Of a stretch of 33,831 nucleotides of DNA, positions 8,243 to 18,146 are shown in pieces; within the stretch, counting starts at the first letter, position 1, and each line of letters begins with the position of its first letter. The position numbers and the translations under genes are program-made. The DNA comes from Armatimonadota bacterium. Its GTDB lineage: Bacteria > Armatimonadota > UBA5829 > DTLH01. Location of the stretch: NCBI GenBank assembly GCA_038207085.1, contig JBBRAE010000030.1:1-33831 (forward strand), in the 5' to 3' direction. The notes below the pieces were generated by a model that saw only the letters and a list, made by a program, of their open reading frames with translations, searched no databases and had not been told where the DNA came from.

Positions 8243-8271
8243 ATTATATACTAGACAATGGTCTACGTCAA
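8243..8271 (-). promoter_or_regulatory. lexA promoter (leaderless) with embedded palindrome TAGAC-N4-GTCTA (8252-8265)
   Basis: TTGACG, 17 nt, TATAAT, 6 nt to ATG; the palindrome occupies the spacer. Confidence 0.8.
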
Positions 8272-8290
8272 CGCCGCGTGTCACGCTTTA

Positions 8291-8365
8291 GCCAGCTTTA
8301 TTCGCTTCACGAATAAAGCTCTCGCTAACAGAGCATTATTCACGCTACTCGTGAATAATGCGGGT
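8291..8365. mobile_element. 75-bp double-hairpin MITE, copy 2, TA-flanked
   Basis: Same length and structure as 6848-6922; TA at 8289-8290 and 8366-8367. Confidence 0.85.
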
Positions 8366-8440
8366 TAGTTTCCTCACGCCGTAAGCAGGGTAACTCGATA
8401 ATATGATGAGTAAAAGACGCCTATGGGTGGAGACTATGAT

Positions 8441-9562
8441 ATGAGAGGAATACGGGTCGGCAAAATAGCAGGATTTGAGATCAGTATAGACTGGAGCTGG
8501 CTTATTGTCCTGTTTCTTGTTATATACAGCCTCGGAGGCTCTGTCTTTCCGAGGTCACATCCCGAACTAAGCGCCACCGCGAACTGGTCCATCAGTGTTA
8601 TCGCCGCTCTGCTCCTGTTCGTTTCGGTGCTTGCCCATGAGTTGATGCACAGCGTGGTAGGACGCCGTTACGGCATCGACATCAAGGGGATTACGCTGTT
8701 TATCTTCGGCGGTGTATCGCAGACCAAAGGCGAGCCGGAAAGCCCCAAGGTGGAGTTCTGGATGGCCATTGCGGGGCCGCTGACGAGCGTCGCCATTGGG
8801 CTCGCGTTCCATGCGCTAACCTTCGCAGGACGAGCCGTTGTATGGCCTCCGGCGATTCTCGCGGTCACTGAATATCTGGCATGGATCAACATAGTGCTCG
8901 CGATATTCAATATGATCCCGGGGTTCCCGCTCGACGGTGGGCGGGTGCTCCGCTCGATCATCTGGGGGGCTACAGGAAACCTTGAGAGATCAACGCGGTA
9001 TGCCTCCTACATTGGGCAGGGGTTTGGGTACCTGCTGATGGGCTTAGGCTTCTTCAGTATATTGGTCGGCGGAATAATTGGAGGTATATGGTTCATATTC
9101 ATAGGCTGGTTCCTCGCTGGCGCGGCTCGACAGAGCTATGAGCAGGTGAGGTTGAAAGAAGCGCTTACGGGCATTGGGGTCGAGACTGTCATGACCGAGG
9201 ATGTCCCGACGGTTTCCCCGGAGCTCTCGCTCGATGATTTCGTGCGTGACTATCTCATGCGATACCAATACGCGAGTTACCCAGTGGTCGAGGACGGACA
9301 GGTGCGCGGAATGGCAGGCATCGACCAGGTGAGAGCGATCCCGCGAGATCAATGGAGAATGATGAGTGTGGCTGACATTACGGAACCCGTCGACGCCGAG
9401 GGCATGGTGAGCAAGGAGGACGACGCCTGGGACGCGCTCGTGAAGCTCTCCAGCGAAGACAAGCGCCGACTGCTCGTGATGCACGACCGAACACTCGACG
9501 GCACCGTCAGCCAGGAAAGCATTCTAAGGCTCGTAAGAATGAGAACCCAGCTCGGAGTCTAA
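8441..9562 (+). CDS. Site-2 protease (M50) with CBS domains
   Basis: HELMH zinc motif, AIAGP, FNMIPGFPLDGGR, C-terminal CBS pair; start 8441 after GGAG (8423 is an alternative). Confidence 0.95.
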   Translation: MRGIRVGKIAGFEISIDWSWLIVLFLVIYSLGGSVFPRSHPELSATANWSISVIAALLLFVSVLAHELMHSVVGRRYGIDIKGITLFIFGGVSQTKGEPESPKVEFWMAIAGPLTSVAIGLAFHALTFAGRAVVWPPAILAVTEYLAWINIVLAIFNMIPGFPLDGGRVLRSIIWGATGNLERSTRYASYIGQGFGYLLMGLGFFSILVGGIIGGIWFIFIGWFLAGAARQSYEQVRLKEALTGIGVETVMTEDVPTVSPELSLDDFVRDYLMRYQYASYPVVEDGQVRGMAGIDQVRAIPRDQWRMMSVADITEPVDAEGMVSKEDDAWDALVKLSSEDKRRLLVMHDRTLDGTVSQESILRLVRMRTQLGV

Positions 9563-12136
9563 CTAAGCAGCTCTCAAGTTGTCGCACTCGATGCTGCCGG
9601 AGCGCAGACTTTCGACGAGCGCCTCGACAATGTCTGCCGAGTAGTGCGTGCTGACGCATCTGCGAAGCTCCGAGATAGCCTCGGAGCCGGACATTTTGCG
9701 TCGGAATGAGCGTTCGCTCGTCATGGCTTCAAAAGCATCGGCGACGGCTATGATGCGGGCGAGGTATGGAATCGCCTCACCCTGCAGCCCATCGGGGTAG
9801 CCCTTGCCGTCGAGACGTTCGTGGTGATGGCGGACGATCGAGGACACGTAGTTCAAGTCGCCGATCGCGCCGACAATTTGGCTCCCCACTGCAGGGTGCC
9901 GCATCATCGCGTTCCATTCGTCTTCCGACAGAGCCCCGGATTTATTGAGCGCTGTGTCAGGCAGCGAGATCTTGCCTATATCGTGCAGCCGCGCGGCAAG
10001 CTCGAGCGTGTAGCGTTCCTCGGAGGGCATCCCAAGCGTGTCTGCGATCGCGAGGCAGATATGGGTTACGCGCGTGGTATGACCGGAGGTCATGTGGTCC
10101 TTGGCGTCGATCGCGGCCACGAGTGCGTCTATTGCCTGGAGCAAGATTCCGGTGCTCTTCTCAAGAAGCATCTGTCGCTCAAGTCGCTTTCGTTCGATGT
10201 TACGCTCGATCACAACCGGCAGCTCGGTTTCGTTGAACGGGGTCACTAGAAGGTCTGTTATGCCGTGGCGCATGGCCTCTCGCGCCGCCCCTGCCATCGA
10301 TGGCTCGGCGGTGAGAACGATCGGCATGGTAGGGTGAATCGCCGTTGCAAGCCCGAGCAGTTCGTTTCCGTCCGCACCAAGAACCAGAGTATCGGAGAGC
10401 ATAATGTCAAACTTGCGGGTGCGAAGCAGATCTACCGCTTGCTGAAGGGAAGATGCCCGGTGCATGTCGTAACCGGCGCGGTGCAGAAACTGCTCCAGCG
10501 CTTGGCGCGCGTCAAGATCGTTTTCGACGATGAGTACGCTTATGCTTCGTCCGTCCGATGAACCTGCCTCCGGCTGAAGCACCTCCGACGTGCCCCAGAG
10601 GCACAAACGGTTTCTACCCGTTAGTTTAGCGTGATAGAGCGCCCGGTCGGCCTTTTCAAGCACTTCACTGGTAATGACGCCGTCACAGGGGCATTCCGCG
10701 ACACCCGCAGACACCGTCAGCTTGCCGTTCGGAAACGAATAGGTGTCGATCGCCTTTCGTATACGTTCCAGAGCTACCCGAGCCTGAGGCTTTGGGGTAT
10801 GAGGGAGAATCAGCGTGAACTCCTCCCCACCGTACCGGGCGGCAAAGTCGCTATCTCGAAGCTCCTTTGAGATGATCTGCGCTATCTTCTGAAGCGCGAA
10901 GTCGCCCTCCTGGTGGCCGTAGGCGTCGTTGTAGGCTTTGAAGTGGTCCACATCGATCATTGCAAGCGAGAACATCTCACCGTAGCGCCCCACCCGATGA
11001 ACGTGCTCGGTCAGGCGTTGCTGAAACGTCCTGTGGTTGGCAAGACCGGTCAATCCGTCCTGCGTCGCCTGCTGGGAAAGCTGTTCGTTAGCCGACGTCA
11101 ACTCCCGGATGTGCTCGCGGGACTCCTCAAGTGCAAGCGAATAGTGAAACGCCGAAGTAAACTCCGCCGCAAGCAACCGACATATCTCTGCACCGACCTG
11201 TTCAGCCGCTCCGGGGGTTCTATAGAGCGCAAGGAGTAGGCCGAAGGGCTCACCGCCACGTCTGAGCTGCAGGCCAAGGACGCTCCTGCTGTTGATGTCG
11301 AGCACTGGCAGGCGAAACTTGCAGTCAGCAGGAACGTTCCCAGTGTCGGACACGACAAGCGGTTCAGTCCATTCCAGAACCTTGCAGAGCACAGCGTGAT
11401 GCTCCGCGCCCTGTGGCGCTAGAGCGGCAGCTGGCAGCCCGTAAGCCCCTGTGCAGATGACGTGGGTACCGCTGGGGTCGAGCGTATACAACGCTGCTGC
11501 GTCCGCGCGAAGTACACCTGAGCTTGACTTAAGAAGCGACAAGATAACTTCATCATGCCCCTGCTCAAGGACGATATCGGCTGAGATGGCAGCGATAGAC
11601 TTCAGCTCCTCCATCTCACTGGTGACATTTGAAAGCTCTTTTGCTCGTTCGTGGCAGGCGGAGGCTATATCGGCAATGAGACGCACGGCCTCACCGGCGT
11701 CGCCTCCATATCGGGATTTTTCTGTTGCAAGCAGCAGCACGCCATCTGGCTCAGAGTCACCTGCAAACGGCACAGCGAGCACCGCACGCAAGCCTTTTCG
11801 CGCCAGGACAGCTCTTGCCTGCGCGGGGAGTTGACCCGGATCACGCCTGGAGCACGGCTGGTGGGTAAATATCGCCCGGCCAAGGAGGTTTTCCATAGAA
11901 ACGGGAGCCGACAACGAGGCGAGACTCTCGGGATCGAAGTTATGTCCGACTGTGGGGACTAGTGTGCTGCCATCGCGGTTCTTGAATAGCACCGCACAGA
12001 CCTGCGAGCCTGTGATCTCGGCGGATTTCTCCGCGAGCGTCTCCAGCACCTCCTCAGGACTTCGCATGGAGGACAAAGCCCTTGCTGTATCGTAGATTTT
12101 GCTTAGTAGGCTCGATTTCATATCTAAACGGCGCAC
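9563..12136 (-). CDS. GAF-GAF-GGDEF-REC-HD-GYP c-di-GMP signalling protein
   Basis: DGLTGLANH, DVDHFKAYND, RDSD…GGEEF; receiver-like segment; HDIGK and HHERLDGKGYP. Confidence 0.93.
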   Translation of the reverse strand: MRRLDMKSSLLSKIYDTARALSSMRSPEEVLETLAEKSAEITGSQVCAVLFKNRDGSTLVPTVGHNFDPESLASLSAPVSMENLLGRAIFTHQPCSRRDPGQLPAQARAVLARKGLRAVLAVPFAGDSEPDGVLLLATEKSRYGGDAGEAVRLIADIASACHERAKELSNVTSEMEELKSIAAISADIVLEQGHDEVILSLLKSSSGVLRADAAALYTLDPSGTHVICTGAYGLPAAALAPQGAEHHAVLCKVLEWTEPLVVSDTGNVPADCKFRLPVLDINSRSVLGLQLRRGGEPFGLLLALYRTPGAAEQVGAEICRLLAAEFTSAFHYSLALEESREHIRELTSANEQLSQQATQDGLTGLANHRTFQQRLTEHVHRVGRYGEMFSLAMIDVDHFKAYNDAYGHQEGDFALQKIAQIISKELRDSDFAARYGGEEFTLILPHTPKPQARVALERIRKAIDTYSFPNGKLTVSAGVAECPCDGVITSEVLEKADRALYHAKLTGRNRLCLWGTSEVLQPEAGSSDGRSISVLIVENDLDARQALEQFLHRAGYDMHRASSLQQAVDLLRTRKFDIMLSDTLVLGADGNELLGLATAIHPTMPIVLTAEPSMAGAAREAMRHGITDLLVTPFNETELPVVIERNIERKRLERQMLLEKSTGILLQAIDALVAAIDAKDHMTSGHTTRVTHICLAIADTLGMPSEERYTLELAARLHDIGKISLPDTALNKSGALSEDEWNAMMRHPAVGSQIVGAIGDLNYVSSIVRHHHERLDGKGYPDGLQGEAIPYLARIIAVADAFEAMTSERSFRRKMSGSEAISELRRCVSTHYSADIVEALVESLRSGSIECDNLRAA

Positions 12137-12236
12137 CCTCTACCCGTAAACTTCCGAGCTGTGTTCATTACCATCCATTATCGGCAGACATGGCCTAATG
12201 TTGTAATGGGTATTACACTCACAGAGGATACAAATC

Positions 12237-13331
12237 ATGCAAAATGACAATCAGGAACTCTTTAACGTAAACGAACCCGAATGGCGGCAGTTGGTGGAAC
12301 AGGGTTCGGCCAGGGAAGCGCTCCTTCAGGAGAAGCTCGACGCCGGCCGCGCGCGCTGCAATATCTGCCAGAGGCGGTGCGTAATCGGCGAGGGCAAGTC
12401 CGGGTACTGTCTAACAAAGATCAACATCGGTGGAATTATCTATACAACCATATACGGCGTAATATCCTCTGCTGCGGCTGACCCTATCGAAAAGAAGCCG
12501 GTCTATCACTTCAGACCTGGAAGCACGGTGTACTCCGTGGGGAGCCTGGGGTGCAATTTCAGGTGCTTGTTTTGCCAGAACTGGCAGATCGCGTTCGCCG
12601 ATGCGGTCCAACCGACGGGTATGTGCCAGTCTAACTTTATGCCGCAGGACATAGTCACATCTGCACAGGAGATGGGCTGCCAGGGCATCGCCTGGACCTA
12701 CAACGAACCCGGAATATGGCTAAACTACACCCTCGACTGCGCCAAGCTCGCAAAAGCCGCGGGGCTCTACACGGTGTACGTGACCAACGGCTACGCGACG
12801 GAAGAACACCTAGATACCATCGGCCCCTATCTTGACGTCTACCGGGTGGACCTAAAGAGCATGTCCGACGACTTCTACAGAAAGCTAATCAAAGTGCCCT
12901 CGGCTGCGGGGATACTCGATGTCGCTAAGCGCGCAAAGGACAAGTGGGACATGCACGTCGAGTGCGTAACAAACGTCATCCCAACATGGAACGACTCCGA
13001 GGAGAACTTGAGGGCAACCGCGAGGTGGATCGTCGACAATCTCGGGGAGCTTACCCCCTGGCACGTGACACGATTCTTTCCTTACGCCAAGATGCAGGAC
13101 GTGCCCCCTACTCCCCCTGAGGCACTGCTGCGCGCTTCGGAAATCGGCAAAGAAGAAGGGCTGAAGTTCGTCTATATCGGGAACCTTGCGACGCAGACCG
13201 GGCAGAACACTTACTGCTACACCGACGGCACGCTCTCGGTCGAAAGAACAGGCTACGGGACTATGGTGCGAGCCGTAACGCCACAGGGACACTGCCCGAA
13301 TGACGGGACCGATCTTAATATCAGGATTTAA
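12237..13331 (+). CDS. amrS: AmmeMemoRadiSam-system radical SAM enzyme
   Basis: CNICQRRC…C N-terminus, DPIEKKP, GCNFRCLFCQNW, AWTYNEP. Confidence 0.9.
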   Translation: MQNDNQELFNVNEPEWRQLVEQGSAREALLQEKLDAGRARCNICQRRCVIGEGKSGYCLTKINIGGIIYTTIYGVISSAAADPIEKKPVYHFRPGSTVYSVGSLGCNFRCLFCQNWQIAFADAVQPTGMCQSNFMPQDIVTSAQEMGCQGIAWTYNEPGIWLNYTLDCAKLAKAAGLYTVYVTNGYATEEHLDTIGPYLDVYRVDLKSMSDDFYRKLIKVPSAAGILDVAKRAKDKWDMHVECVTNVIPTWNDSEENLRATARWIVDNLGELTPWHVTRFFPYAKMQDVPPTPPEALLRASEIGKEEGLKFVYIGNLATQTGQNTYCYTDGTLSVERTGYGTMVRAVTPQGHCPNDGTDLNIRI

Positions 13332-14673
13332 TGGACTTGTCCCAGGGCTTTGGCAGGTCGAGGATATTGGGCACGCGTGGTGCGACGAGGCTTCGCTCCA
13401 TCACTACAATCGTCCCAGTCGGCCCGGTAGAAAGCACCACGTGGTCGGAACCCTCCAGGATGAACGTGTAGCCTAGGCCAAGCGACGGTTTGGTGGAGAA
13501 GCCTTTTCTGAAGACAGCCTGTGTCAGGAGTAGAGTGTCCATACCGGGACCGTCATCTATGACCGCAGCCCAGACGTTTCCGTCCCTTACACCTGCCATA
13601 ACCTGACCTCCGCCGGTGTGCTTCAACGCGTTTGCGGCAGCCTCACCGACCGCAAGCATAAAGCCTTCCATCCGGTCGCCTTTCATCCCCGCTCTGACAA
13701 CCGTATCGCGGATCAGGTAGCGCGTCATGGTGACATGTGAAGGTTCGCTGATGGGGACGTCGATTACTGGATCACTCAGATAGCGCTCGATCATCTCTGG
13801 CTCCATTATTTCGAGTACCCCCTGGGTGACAGCAGTGATGGCTTGCTTGTAGAAATCGGCTTTCTGGCGTTCAAGCTCGCACTCAAAGGCGATCCTTGCT
13901 TCTTCGGCGCGTTTGCGATCGCTTATATCGATAACCGTAGCAAGGATCGCCGGACGGGCGTTGTGCTCGATCATGGTCGACCAGATCTCAACGACCTTCA
14001 ACTGGCCACTCTTGGTTATCATGACATACTCATAGCGATCAGTCACGGGCTCACCCGCGAGTCTTTTAGACATCCGATCAGCAACCAGCGCCCGATAGTC
14101 GGGGTGGACCAGTGTTGTCAGAATACTAAACTCCCAAGTTTCTTCGACAGTGTAACCGGCTATCTCCTCGGCGCGATGGTTGGCGTAGACGAACTTTCCG
14201 TCCTGGACGATGAATATTCCGGCAAGACTGTGGTCGACTAAGGTGCGATATAGATGTTCGGACTTGGCAAGCGCGTCACGAAAACGGCGTGCATCGGTTA
14301 CATCAATTCCACTTGCGACTATGCCTTCAGTCACCCCGTTTTCATTGATGACTCGGCAGCCGCTCCAAAGCATTTCCCGTTCTTCGCCACTTGCAGTGAT
14401 GATCAAGCTCTCGAAATCAAGAGATATCTCACCCTCAAGCACACGCCTGATCTCGTTATGGACCTTTACATGCTCCCTTTCAGGGATGTAGAGAAGCAAG
14501 TTCTGGCCGATCACATCTTGGCGAAGCCGCCCACCAACCTCCTCCGCGAATTTGTTCACATATGTGATCAAGCCATCGGGGGTGAAATATACGATGAATA
14601 CCCTCGCGGTTTCTGCGATCAGTTTACACCTGTCCGCCTCCGCCGCGCCTTCACACTTCCAACAATCTGACAT
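13321..14673 (-). CDS. PAS-PAS protein with an RsbT/RsbW-like ATPase (putative Ser kinase)
   Basis: Two PAS/PAC repeats; EAAANALKHTGGG, DDGPG, SLGLG; no recognisable HisKA H-box; GGTGAGG before ATG 14673. Confidence 0.8.
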   Translation of the reverse strand: MSDCWKCEGAAEADRCKLIAETARVFIVYFTPDGLITYVNKFAEEVGGRLRQDVIGQNLLLYIPEREHVKVHNEIRRVLEGEISLDFESLIITASGEEREMLWSGCRVINENGVTEGIVASGIDVTDARRFRDALAKSEHLYRTLVDHSLAGIFIVQDGKFVYANHRAEEIAGYTVEETWEFSILTTLVHPDYRALVADRMSKRLAGEPVTDRYEYVMITKSGQLKVVEIWSTMIEHNARPAILATVIDISDRKRAEEARIAFECELERQKADFYKQAITAVTQGVLEIMEPEMIERYLSDPVIDVPISEPSHVTMTRYLIRDTVVRAGMKGDRMEGFMLAVGEAAANALKHTGGGQVMAGVRDGNVWAAVIDDGPGMDTLLLTQAVFRKGFSTKPSLGLGYTFILEGSDHVVLSTGPTGTIVVMERSLVAPRVPNILDLPKPWDKSIKS

Positions 14674-14776
14674 CACGCACCTCACCTATATATTCTATTT
14701 ACCCACCACACGCATTCTTGCACACCGGCCGATATCTGGGTTAACATGGCGGCGCATCACAGAGTGTGGAGGTAAC

Positions 14777-15511
14777 ATGAACGAGTTGAAAGATAAGGTG
14801 GTAATCGTCACCGGAGCCGGCCGGGGAATAGGCCGCGCAATAGCCATTGCCTTTGCATCCGAGGGAGCCAAGGTTGCGCTCGCGGCACGCACGGAAGAAG
14901 AGATAGAAAACCTGGCACGCGAGATCAGGGAATCAGGCGCTGAAGCGGTTGCGATCAAGACCGATATGGCATGCGAAGATGATATCAAGAATCTCATAAC
15001 TGAGACTGAGAGATCGCTTGGGCCTGTCGACATTCTGATAAACAACGCCGCTATACTCGAGCTCTCCCCAATCGCCGAAATGGCATCTGACACCTGGGAC
15101 CGCCTGATGTTGGTCAATTTGAGATCTGTCTTTATCGCCTGCAGGGAAGTTCTTCCGGGGATGATGAAACGGCGCGCTGGGAGAATCGTGAACATCGGCT
15201 CGATGGCTGGACGCCGAGGCTACGCGGAGCAGGGAGCATACTGCGCATCAAAACATGGGCTGATCGGGCTTTCCAAGGTGCTTTCGATCGAAACACAGAG
15301 CTACGACATCAGGGTGCACGTGCTTGCGCCGGGCGGGGTGTTGACCGACCTGTCCAAAGACCTGAGGGAGTCCCGCGGTGGGGTCAAGGACGACGAGTGG
15401 ATGACCGTCGAAGAGGTCGCCCGGGCGGCGATGTACCTCTGCACTCAGGACGGGGCAGCGTTCACCGATGAGCTGACGCTTAGGCGCTATGAAAGCGAAC
15501 CCTGGCGCTAA
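14777..15511 (+). CDS. Short-chain dehydrogenase/reductase
   Basis: TGAGRGIG, NNAA, YCASK; GGAGG before ATG 14777. Confidence 0.95.
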   Translation: MNELKDKVVIVTGAGRGIGRAIAIAFASEGAKVALAARTEEEIENLAREIRESGAEAVAIKTDMACEDDIKNLITETERSLGPVDILINNAAILELSPIAEMASDTWDRLMLVNLRSVFIACREVLPGMMKRRAGRIVNIGSMAGRRGYAEQGAYCASKHGLIGLSKVLSIETQSYDIRVHVLAPGGVLTDLSKDLRESRGGVKDDEWMTVEEVARAAMYLCTQDGAAFTDELTLRRYESEPWR

Positions 15512-15987
15512 GGCTTTTTGGCGGCAGGATCCGTGACATAGAACGTGATCTTGCCGCTCTTTAGGTAACGCGGATAGGTGATCGGCATGCTGGCGCGTTT
15601 CGATTTGTGATGGGTGCACTCAAGTATCACCGTGTCATCAGGCGCGTTGCTGCTTACCCGATGATATGTGTAGGAGACGGCGGCGTCTGACTTGTCTGAC
15701 GGACAGTGGAGCCACTTTGCCTGAATATAGTCAGGCACGAGCTTCTCCAACTTCTCGGGGTAGCCATCGTTCTTGATGCCGTAACGCTCGACTGCCGCGC
15801 CGACCTCCCTCATCTGGATCGTACACTCCGCCATCCCACGGTAATAGGGGTTTCTGTAGGCGACCAGCAGGAAGCCTATGAGCGCTATCAACACGAAGAC
15901 GAGAAACACCGCGCAGCCAATCGAAGCAAATCTCCAAGGCCTGCGGGGCGGAATTACAGGTTCTATATTTTGTTGCAGTTCTTCCAA
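15508..15987 (-). CDS. Membrane-anchored pilin/pseudopilin-like protein
   Basis: TM helix then an amphipathic helix, GYPEKLEKLVPDYI and HCPSD; no clear prepilin cleavage motif. Confidence 0.6.
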   Translation of the reverse strand: MEELQQNIEPVIPPRRPWRFASIGCAVFLVFVLIALIGFLLVAYRNPYYRGMAECTIQMREVGAAVERYGIKNDGYPEKLEKLVPDYIQAKWLHCPSDKSDAAVSYTYHRVSSNAPDDTVILECTHHKSKRASMPITYPRYLKSGKITFYVTDPAAKKP

Positions 15988-16123
15988 ATATCAAGTCCTA
16001 CTCAACAAAAAAGCACTACTGTCGGATTAGCTTGATCTGACGCATTCGCCACCCTGTTTATCGAAGCCTCTGCACGCTCCGGTGACATTGCGAGATATCA
16101 GTCAAATCCAGGTTAAGCGTGCA

Positions 16124-17101
16124 CTACATAGAAAGCGGTTCAGAGAGATCCATAATGTCGCTGCGCAGGATCGGCGGAGTAGACAGCGCCTCAGCGATAT
16201 CTACAGCTACTATGTGATCTGCCTGAAGAGCCGTCATCTTGCCGGATTCTCCTGCCAAAAGCATCCGAACGGCGGCGGCTCCGAAACGAGTGCCTATCAG
16301 CCTGTCAAACGCGGTCGGTGAGCCTCCACGCTGGACGTGACCCAGGACCGTTATCCTCGGGTCGACACCAGCTTCGCTGATCGCCCGGGCAATGCTCGTC
16401 ACGCCGCTTTCGTTCTCCTTCATACACGCGCCTTCGGCTACCACGATGATAAAATGCGGTTTGCCGCGCAAGAATGCGCTCTTTACTTCACGCGCCATCG
16501 CCTGCAGGTCCACGCACTGGTTCGGCAGGATGACCATCTCAGCGCCTCCAGCGACCCCGGCCATCAGCGCGAGATACCCGTGACGCCTGCCCATAACTTC
16601 TATCAAAAAGGCTCTCTGGTGGGCGCTTGCGGTGTCTTTGATCTTGTCCATCGAGTCAAGGATGGTATTAAGCGCCGTGTCGACGCCAATCGCCATTTCC
16701 GTGAGCGCGATGTCGTTGTCGATCGACGCCGGAACGCCGATTACGGGCATGCCGAGCCTCTGGAGAACCATCGCACCATTGAGAGACCCGTCTCCGCCCA
16801 CTACGACGACTCCGTCGATGCCCCACGCAGTGAGTGTGTCCATCGCACGCTTCTGACCATCTTCGGTCTTGAACTCAACGGCGCGAGCGCTCATCAGCAT
16901 GGTTCCGCCCTGACGGACGATCCCGCCGACGCTTCGGCTGTCCATCTCAAAGATATCGTTGGTCATCAGCCCAGCGTAAGCCCGCCTGATACCGAGCACG
17001 TCAACCCCGGCAGCGATTCCTGACCGCACTACCGAGCGCACACACGCATTCATCCCGGGAGCATCGCCCCCACTTGTCATAACAGCTATTCTCTTCATCA
17101 T
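16124..17101 (-). CDS. pfkA: 6-phosphofructokinase
   Basis: TSGGDAPGMN, GGDGS, SIDND, EVMGR, GHVQRGG. Confidence 0.97.
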   Translation of the reverse strand: MMKRIAVMTSGGDAPGMNACVRSVVRSGIAAGVDVLGIRRAYAGLMTNDIFEMDSRSVGGIVRQGGTMLMSARAVEFKTEDGQKRAMDTLTAWGIDGVVVVGGDGSLNGAMVLQRLGMPVIGVPASIDNDIALTEMAIGVDTALNTILDSMDKIKDTASAHQRAFLIEVMGRRHGYLALMAGVAGGAEMVILPNQCVDLQAMAREVKSAFLRGKPHFIIVVAEGACMKENESGVTSIARAISEAGVDPRITVLGHVQRGGSPTAFDRLIGTRFGAAAVRMLLAGESGKMTALQADHIVAVDIAEALSTPPILRSDIMDLSEPLSM

Positions 17102-17155
17102 AATTGCTCCGGTATAGAGTTAACCGGCGACGCTTCAAGTTCCTCCCACGAGAAA

Positions 17156-17194
17156 ACCGGGCCGGGGAGAAAAATTATCGCTCCCCGGCCCGGT
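17156..17194 (-). terminator. Intrinsic terminator after 17226..18146
   Basis: Perfect 14-bp stem ACCGGGCCGGGGAG / CTCCCCGGCCCGGT followed by TTTCTC on the minus strand. Confidence 0.7.
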
Positions 17195-17225
17195 CTTGTA
17201 GAACGCGCATATCCCGACTGGTGAT

Positions 17226-18146
17226 TTACCTGCCGGGATCCCCCACTATCTGGATCTGGGTAGCCGCAAATCCACTCGCTAGGTTGCCGATGCCGTAGAC
17301 CTTGACGACCTGTCCGATCCCGAGGTCCATGAAGGCTTTTCGGTCGCTCTGGAAGTGGATGAACGTACCCTCGTCGACCATCACGTTTACATCTCCCTCA
17401 CGTGTATTGATCCTGAGCGTAAACGATGGATAGTCGATGTAGTTGATCTTTCCGACTACGCTGGTGGTCTTCACCGACACAGCCGAATCCTGCGCAGACT
17501 TGCCGCGCAGCAGCTCAATCCTGTCGGCCTTGATTCTGTTTAGCCCGACAATGTCACCCCAGATACGCACCGCATCGCCCTCTGATACCCTCACAAGCGA
17601 TACGCTGTTATTTGATGCAATCACCGTCGCTGTGCTTGCGTCAATAGTAAACGGACCTGATGAGGTCGCGATAGTGATGGTGCGGCTTCCATATTGCACC
17701 GATGTCACGAGACCACGGTTTCTCCACGCGCCAAGCGCGTCGCCGACAGCGGGAATCCGTGTGTCATCGACAGCGCCAGGCCCTGCGCCAAGCGCAGGTG
17801 GCATGGTCGTGGTCTCGCTTACGAACAAGTGAAGCCTCGATGCGGTGATATGTGACAGTGACGTTTCCGTCCCGTATACCTGTACCCTGTCCCCCACCCT
17901 CAGGCTTATACAACCAGCAGGGAGCCGGTCGAGAATTATGACCGCAGCCCCCGCATCAACGGTGTAGAGCTTGCCATCATCCGTTCTCAGAGTCAAGGTA
18001 GAGCCATCTCGCGCAGTGACCGTTCCCGCAAGCACCATCTCCGTCTCCTTTACCGGAGCGGGAGTGGTTCCGTTGCCAAATGCAGCGCCCGCGACTATAA
18101 CGGTCAGAAGCAAGTAAATCCCAATCTGGAACACCTTGCTAGTCAT
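17226..18146 (-). CDS. Secreted protein with three OB-fold-like repeats (DUF5666-like)
   Basis: Signal peptide; three repeats ending GDRVQVYG / GDAVRIWG / GQVVKVYG. Confidence 0.75.
   Translation of the reverse strand: MTSKVFQIGIYLLLTVIVAGAAFGNGTTPAPVKETEMVLAGTVTARDGSTLTLRTDDGKLYTVDAGAAVIILDRLPAGCISLRVGDRVQVYGTETSLSHITASRLHLFVSETTTMPPALGAGPGAVDDTRIPAVGDALGAWRNRGLVTSVQYGSRTITIATSSGPFTIDASTATVIASNNSVSLVRVSEGDAVRIWGDIVGLNRIKADRIELLRGKSAQDSAVSVKTTSVVGKINYIDYPSFTLRINTREGDVNVMVDEGTFIHFQSDRKAFMDLGIGQVVKVYGIGNLASGFAATQIQIVGDPGR

Noticed and set aside
12202..12217. TGTAAT-N4-ATTACA palindrome before amrS, and short palindromes at 18208-18259
   Set aside because: Short, single-copy and not assignable; could arise by chance
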